NCBI GenBank assembly: GCA_003144275.1
Contig: NJBF01000012.1
Coordinates: forward strand, 56,098 to 88,097
Direction of reading: 5' to 3'
DNA length: 32,000 nucleotides
Source: Candidatus Heimdallarchaeota archaeon B3_Heim
GTDB lineage: Archaea; Asgardarchaeota; Heimdallarchaeia; Hodarchaeales; Hodarchaeaceae
Below are positions 27,782-32,000 of the stretch, piece after piece. How positions within the stretch are numbered: position 1 is the first letter of the stretch; each line of letters starts with the position of its first letter. Under the pieces are notes generated by a model. The model worked only from the letters and a program-made list of their open reading frames with translations, was not told where the DNA came from and ran no database searches. Position numbers and translations under genes: made by a program.

Positions 27782-28765
27782 TCAGCGGAATAGAGGATCC
27801 ATAATGGAACGAGCAGCAGAATATGGATCTGTTTTTTTGGAGATTACTTCCTGAAGAAGTTTTTCCCATTCCTGCTTGCCAATCAATGAGGTTAACATGT
27901 TTTCGAAAATTTCTACCTTTATTATCTCATGAATCTCATTTTTTCTACGGATTTTTTCCTGCTCAAAGGCAAACTGGGCATTTTTTGGATCGTTGAGGAA
28001 TAATTCATGCTTTAAAATAGTATCTGCTAATTTTTGGATCCCGCTAATTATTGGTGGAAGATTAGTAGTAGGGATCACAGGTACCTGCCAACGTCCTTCA
28101 TCTTTGGAATGAGGATCAAGGGTTAGTAATAACCTGAGTTCTTTCGCAATTTCCTCAGCACCAGGTCGATCACTCTTATTCACGACGTAGATATCTGCTA
28201 TTTCTAAAATTCCAGCCTTTATAGCTTGGACAGCATCACCTGTACCAGGGATTCCTATAACAATGGTAGTATGAGCTGTTCGAACAATTTCTACCTCACT
28301 TTGTCCTGCTCCGACGGTTTCAACTAAAACCAAATCAAAACCTGATGCATCAAGAACACGAATAGCATCCATAGTTGCTCGTGATAATCCTCCAAGACTT
28401 CCCCGCGAACCCATTGAGCGGATGAATACATCTGGGTCTCCACTTAATTCGTCCATTCGAATTCGATCCCCAAGTAAAGCTCCCCCACTAAACGGTGAAG
28501 TAGGATCAACTGCAATGATCCCCACAGTTTTCCCACGTTTTCGAAATTCTATAGCCAGATTGTTTACTAAAGTCGACTTTCCTGATCCCGGGGGACCAGT
28601 GATACCAACTACCAAAGCATGGCCAGTGTGGGGAAATATTTTTTTGATGAATAATTCGCACTCATCGGGGTGATTTTCCACTAAAGTAATTGCTTTTGCA
28701 ATTGCTCTTTTACTTCTCTCCAATACCTTCTCTACAAGTTTCTCCATTAGTGGGCCGTCATCCAT
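27782..28765 (-). CDS. meaB: Methylmalonyl-CoA mutase-associated GTPase MeaB (ArgK family)
   Basis: AIAKAITLVEN, GITGPPGSGKST, AVDPTSPFSGGALLGDRIRM, FIRSMGSRGSLGGL, VETVGAGQSE, GDAVQAIKAGILEIADIYVVNKSD. The start is uncertain (28792, 28765 or 28747). Confidence 0.95.
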   Translation of the reverse strand: MDDGPLMEKLVEKVLERSKRAIAKAITLVENHPDECELFIKKIFPHTGHALVVGITGPPGSGKSTLVNNLAIEFRKRGKTVGIIAVDPTSPFSGGALLGDRIRMDELSGDPDVFIRSMGSRGSLGGLSRATMDAIRVLDASGFDLVLVETVGAGQSEVEIVRTAHTTIVIGIPGTGDAVQAIKAGILEIADIYVVNKSDRPGAEEIAKELRLLLTLDPHSKDEGRWQVPVIPTTNLPPIISGIQKLADTILKHELFLNDPKNAQFAFEQEKIRRKNEIHEIIKVEIFENMLTSLIGKQEWEKLLQEVISKKTDPYSAARSIMDPLFR

Positions 28766-28827
28766 GTTGCTTATTACTTGTGATGAATGCACAACCTAGT
28801 TTCAGGAAAGGAAATCCACACAGAAAT

Positions 28828-29028
28828 TCAAAAGATTCTATCAATTAGCGCAATTAAGATGAATAACGCCCCAGTAAATATTACACCCAAGAAAAGAGCG
28901 AATCCAAATGTTACAATATCATTATCTGTGAAGCTAGTAAAACCAGCATAAATCACAACCGCCCATATAATCATCAATCCTCCAATGAGGAAGTACTCTT
29001 TCCACGTCAACTTATCCAAGATACCCAT
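28828..29028 (-). CDS. Small two-TM hypothetical protein (66 aa)
   Basis: Two clear hydrophobic helices. Co-directional between surE and meaB. Confidence 0.65.
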   Translation of the reverse strand: MGILDKLTWKEYFLIGGLMIIWAVVIYAGFTSFTDNDIVTFGFALFLGVIFTGALFILIALIDRIF

Positions 29029-29161
29029 GATTGATCTAGTCTCCTACTTAAATCGGAATAAATACGATTTAGTAATTAATTTCTTTCTTACTCCACTATT
29101 TATAAAAGCTCGCTTGTTAAAACTGAAGAACCAGAATTGTATTTCTTTTCATTTATTGATT

Positions 29162-29992
29162 CTAAGAAAGGAGAAATTTGAGGTTTGGCTTAACCTTTGC
29201 TAAATCACAATTAAAGTCTAGACTTACAGGGCTAAGACTAATGCTCTTCTCTTCTAATACGGTATAAGCGTCTGTTCCTCGAGGAACTTCAAGTCGGTCC
29301 CCCCAAATCCAATAATAAGCTACTCCTCGGGGATCCTCTTTTTTAATGGTATAATCGAGATATTTAGTTGGAGAAAGGCGAACAATCTTGATAGGAGTAT
29401 CCAAGGTGACATTGTCAGGGAAGTTTACATTGAGAAAGGCCACTTCTTTCGGTAGTCCATTTTCAACGACTTTTTCTATCATATCACAGGCGATTTTAGC
29501 CGCGATTTCATATTCCGCAATTGCTTGTCTATCATCAAAAAAAAGTGAGTCATGAACATCTAGGGAGAACGCAATCGCTGGTTTTCCTAGTATTGACGCT
29601 TCAAAAGCAACTGCACACGTACCAGAGGTCAATACTGAGTGAACTGAGGTATTCTCTCCTGCATTGATTCCAGCTACAACTAAATCAAAGGGAGGTTGGT
29701 CCTTATTCTGAGTTCGATCATATATTCCGTGAATAACCGCATCGGCTGGTGTTCCCGTTATTCGCCATCCAGGTGCCCCCTGAAGATAATCTAAGGGAAT
29801 TTCTTCAACACGAATTGGTTCCTCGAAGGTAATTGCTTTTCCCACCCCTGACCGTTGAGTTCGAGGAGCAATAACTGTAATATTATAGCGGCGACTATGC
29901 ATTTCTGTGGCTAAACTTTTAATTCCTTTAGAATAGATGCCATCGTCTGCCGATAAAAAGATGTTAGGATGCTTATTTTGCTGATTGGACAT
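29162..29992 (-). CDS. surE: 5'/3'-nucleotidase SurE
   Basis: IFLSADDGIYSKGI, APRTQRSGVG, GTPADAV, VVAGINAGEN, SGTCAVAFEA, DPRGVAYYW, GTDAY. Confidence 0.95.
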   Translation of the reverse strand: MSNQQNKHPNIFLSADDGIYSKGIKSLATEMHSRRYNITVIAPRTQRSGVGKAITFEEPIRVEEIPLDYLQGAPGWRITGTPADAVIHGIYDRTQNKDQPPFDLVVAGINAGENTSVHSVLTSGTCAVAFEASILGKPAIAFSLDVHDSLFFDDRQAIAEYEIAAKIACDMIEKVVENGLPKEVAFLNVNFPDNVTLDTPIKIVRLSPTKYLDYTIKKEDPRGVAYYWIWGDRLEVPRGTDAYTVLEEKSISLSPVSLDFNCDLAKVKPNLKFLLS

Positions 29993-30082
29993 GTTAAACC
30001 CTCTTTACTTCGATCCTTCTTTAAAATTGTCTCCAATGAAATAATAAAAAATAAAACTCCGATTTCTCCCAGTAGAAAAATA

Positions 30083-30460
30083 ATGATAAACCCACATCAT
30101 CGTCCATTCTTTATCATTGTCGATGGAGGAGATGGATCGGGCAAGGATACTCAAGCTAAACTGATAGCCCAGTTCCTAGCAAATAATGACTTTCCTTCTG
30201 TCCGTATTAGAAGTCATCCCGCGCACGATAACCGGTTTGGACGTCGAGCAAAGCAAGCATTAGAGACAGAAGGGAAAAAAGGTCATTTACTGGCTGCATG
30301 TTTCTATGCACTTGATGTGATACGCTCTTTAGTTAAATACTATCGCCATGAGGAGGAAGTTGTCATCTTTTCGCGTTACTTACTCGGAGTTTGTTATTTA
30401 CCACGTAGTCTTGTGATGTTTGGATACACATTCTTTTCCCACTTATTAATACAGCAGTAG
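30083..30460 (+). pseudogene. tmk: Thymidylate-kinase-like gene, 3'-truncated at about 30445
   Basis: FIIVDGGDGSGKDTQAKLI P-loop, RSHP and IFSRY. It ends FFSHLLIQQ* after about 125 aa, lacking the expected C-terminal ~60-70 aa (Tmk is normally about 200 aa). Confidence 0.7.
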
Positions 30461-30885
30461 CAGCTACGGGCTTTTTCTTCCGCTCAGGTGTTCCTTGGGA
30501 GAGTTGGCTAGCCTTAATGTTTCTAATTTCGGAGTCTGTTATACTTGCTATTATTACAGGTATTATTGCAGCGAAATATAGACCTATGGATGATATAACA
30601 GATATTATGCCCGTGTTATCTTTTATCGAAGTAAAAATGTCAGATATCGTAGGGAGTAAAACCATCGAACCTCCTGAACTAACTAATGAAAACCTAAGGG
30701 GGAAAACTGTTTTTATTGGGAAGCCCCCTTGGCAGGCTTATGTATTGAAAGATTGGCTAGCAATTAAGCGCATCCGTGCACTACGAAGACAAATCTACCT
30801 AGCTCCATTTGTAGTTATTGCACTCACCATTGCTATTCTGTTCATTATACCAAAGGAGAATCCATTCCATTTTATTGTATTATAA
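30439..30885 (+). pseudogene. 3' part of an unknown membrane-protein gene with no proper start
   Basis: The frame is open upstream of ATG 30517 (PLINTAVAATGFFFRSGVPWESWLALMFLISESVILAIITG...). Back to the TAG at 30406 it has no ATG. It has TM helices at both ends of a soluble loop. Confidence 0.55.
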
Positions 30886-30922
30886 TCAATTTAATTTTAA
30901 TACATTTCTTATAATTATTTCA

Positions 30923-31077
30923 TCAGTAGAAGCAGTTACAAGTAGATGGAATTTTTGAGATGGTTATATCTTGTCTTTTATTTTTTTTTCTAGTTCAAGA
31001 ATGACTTTAATATCAAGATTTCTTTCAATTATTTCATCTTCTTTTAAAATAACCCATTCCCCAGTTAATTCCTCCAT
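30923..31077 (-). pseudogene. Small DUF5678-like gene broken by a frameshift in an A9 run (not in the ORF track)
   Basis: GAGGGA RBS, then ATG 31077 MEELTGEWVILKEDEIIERNLDIKVILELEKK. A -1 shift at the T9 run (30981-30989 on +) gives NKRQDITISKIPSTCNCFY* (TGA 30923-30925). The unshifted frame stops at 30964-30966. The family label is by recall of the GxWV motif. Confidence 0.6.
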
Positions 31078-31285
31078 TATTATCCCTCAATTGTTATTCT
31101 TAAAAGATATAAAATTGTATTGTATTATAAAAAAAATTGTTCTCAGTATATTATTTTTACTCAAATATTTAAGATCCTTTATTTATATCTGAGAGAAAAA
31201 TAATAGAAACAAAATTACTATTAATATTTTTCTGCTTAAAATTAATATAATTTTTGATATTGTTAGTTAATTTATTGAATAATGA

Positions 31286-31548
31286 TTATAATCGTTTCCA
31301 TTTCAGGGTATATTCAATTCTTTCTTCTTTTCCTACTGCTTTTAATTCTAGTCTAAAATAAACAAACTTACAGCACCGCATATAATCCCTATAAATACCA
31401 ACTCTATGGGTATGAAAGCAGTAACTATAATCCCGAGAGAACCAATTAATATACGTGCAAATAACATTAAAATTTTTATAAATCTTCCAGCAGGAACCCA
31501 TTTTGTATATAATATTTCATCATTTTGTTGGATTTTATTTTCATTAAT
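31286..31548 (-). pseudogene. Decayed membrane-protein gene fragment
   Basis: Frame INENKIQQNDEILYTKWVPAGRFIKILMLFARILIGSLGIIVTAFIPIELVFIGIICGAVSLFILD* (TAG 31348-31350) has two TM-like segments and no upstream ATG start. An adjacent frame continues YFRLELKAVG... to 31286. Confidence 0.4.
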
Positions 31549-31674
31549 TATTAGATGTATTTTTTAATAATAAAATTTAATTCTCAGAATTTCTTGAATT
31601 AATATAGGAAATAAAATAATATTCTCAATGTTTTTTTTATTTTGTAGATAAATTAGAAAAGTCTGATAAGAATA

Positions 31675-31866
31675 ATGAATGAGATAATATTCCTTATTGA
31701 AGAATCTTTAGAAGGCGGTTATGAAGCAAGAGCTTTAGAAGCCTCTATCCATACTGAAGCTGATAATCTTACTGAATTAAAGGATTCAATTAGAGATGCC
31801 ATAAAATGTCATTTTGATGAGAAAGAAAGACCTCGCATTATACGGTTACATTTTGTAAAGGAATAG
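31675..31866 (+). CDS. hicB: HicB-like antitoxin (short, RNase-H-fold type) ending at a probably premature TAG
   Basis: MNEIIFLIEESLEGGYEARAL..SIHTEAD..TEL..IRDAIKCHF. The frame continues VITL* to TGA 31879-31881, which overlaps the hicA ATG. Confidence 0.75.
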   Translation: MNEIIFLIEESLEGGYEARALEASIHTEADNLTELKDSIRDAIKCHFDEKERPRIIRLHFVKE

Positions 31867-31877
31867 GTTATAACTTT

Positions 31878-32000
31878 ATGAAAATCCCGCGTAATATTAG
31901 CGGGCAGAAATTATCCAAATTATTAAAAAGATTTGGATTTGAAATCTCTAGGCAGACGGGGAGTCATATGAGATTAACTACCACAATTAAAGGATTTTTT
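31878..32000 (+). CDS. hicA: HicA-family toxin, 3'-partial (not in the ORF track)
   Basis: MKIPRNISGQKLSKLLKRFGFEISRQTGSHMRLTT contains the HicA GSH catalytic-His motif. Confidence 0.85.
   Translation, partial: MKIPRNISGQKLSKLLKRFGFEISRQTGSHMRLTTTIKGFF

Noticed and set aside
292-29203. Short ORFs overlapping assigned genes (e.g. 292-612, 2299-2517, 4234-4488, 8901-9224, 10964-11299, 15334-15627, 21572-21901, 24648-24968, 26940-27257, 28985-29203)
   Set aside because: They are antisense or alternate-frame shadows of genes with strong family motifs and have no recognisable motifs of their own.
29969-30082. N-terminal extension of tmk from the upstream start
   Set aside because: It overlaps the divergent surE start and promoter region. 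ATG 30083 places the P-loop at the usual N-terminal position.
30971-31192. 73-aa plus-strand ORF
   Set aside because: Low-complexity Ile/Phe/Ser translation of AT-rich DNA. The minus strand here carries the RBS-led gene at 31077.
15815-31866. Stop-codon reassignment (TAA/TAG read as an amino acid, or pyrrolysine)
   Set aside because: TAG ends genes exactly where expected (SBP after RRKR at 21160-21162, the ABC ATPase, the acyl-CoA ligase, surE), and TAA ends slyD, ogt and leuD normally. No pyl genes are visible.
1-32000. Selenocysteine readthrough of TGA
   Set aside because: TGA-terminated genes (gltX, leuC, Ldh_2, meaB) end at family-typical lengths. No in-frame TGA sits at a catalytic Cys position.
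1-32000. CRISPR array, rRNA, tRNA, intact IS or integrase
   Set aside because: By eye I saw no regularly spaced direct repeats, no cloverleaf or rRNA-like GC-rich segment and no transposase/integrase motifs. tRNAscan-SE/Infernal would be needed to exclude small RNAs.

Overview
An AT-rich archaeal window (about 36% GC by eye), very likely from an Asgard archaeon of the Heimdall/Hod-like group. This placement is an inference from the archaeal-type GluRS, a Rab-like small GTPase, archaeal LeuC/LeuD-type subunits and a PGF-TM-RRKR sorting signal. Most of the window is densely coding housekeeping and metabolic DNA: tandem Lrp-type regulator (5'-partial), ogt, AEC transporter, ribA, gltX-slyD, small GTPase, acyl-CoA dehydrogenase, two MFS transporters, OsmC, a YyaL-like thioredoxin protein, leuC/leuD-like genes, CDGSH protein, FAD/NAD oxidoreductase, Ldh_2 dehydrogenase, polar amino-acid ABC operon, metallophosphoesterase, PrpE/Acs-like ligase, meaB and surE. 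At about 30440 a thymidylate-kinase-like gene is abruptly joined to the 3' part of an unrelated membrane-protein gene. A very AT-rich stretch (about 30890-32000) follows, with frameshifted or decayed small genes and a hicB-hicA toxin-antitoxin pair. I found no rRNA, tRNA, CRISPR array or intact mobile element. The most notable signals are: (i) a small GTPase with two large inserts around switch I; (ii) an unknown protein built from two copies of a ~75-aa domain; (iii) an Fe-S/redox cluster around an atypical LeuC/D that has an in-frame TAA; (iv) an archaeosortase-type anchored ABC binding protein; and (v) several lesions at the right end that are either pseudogenisation or assembly error. I cannot claim a clearly new system from the sequence alone. 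Family assignments come from motif recognition, not database searches.
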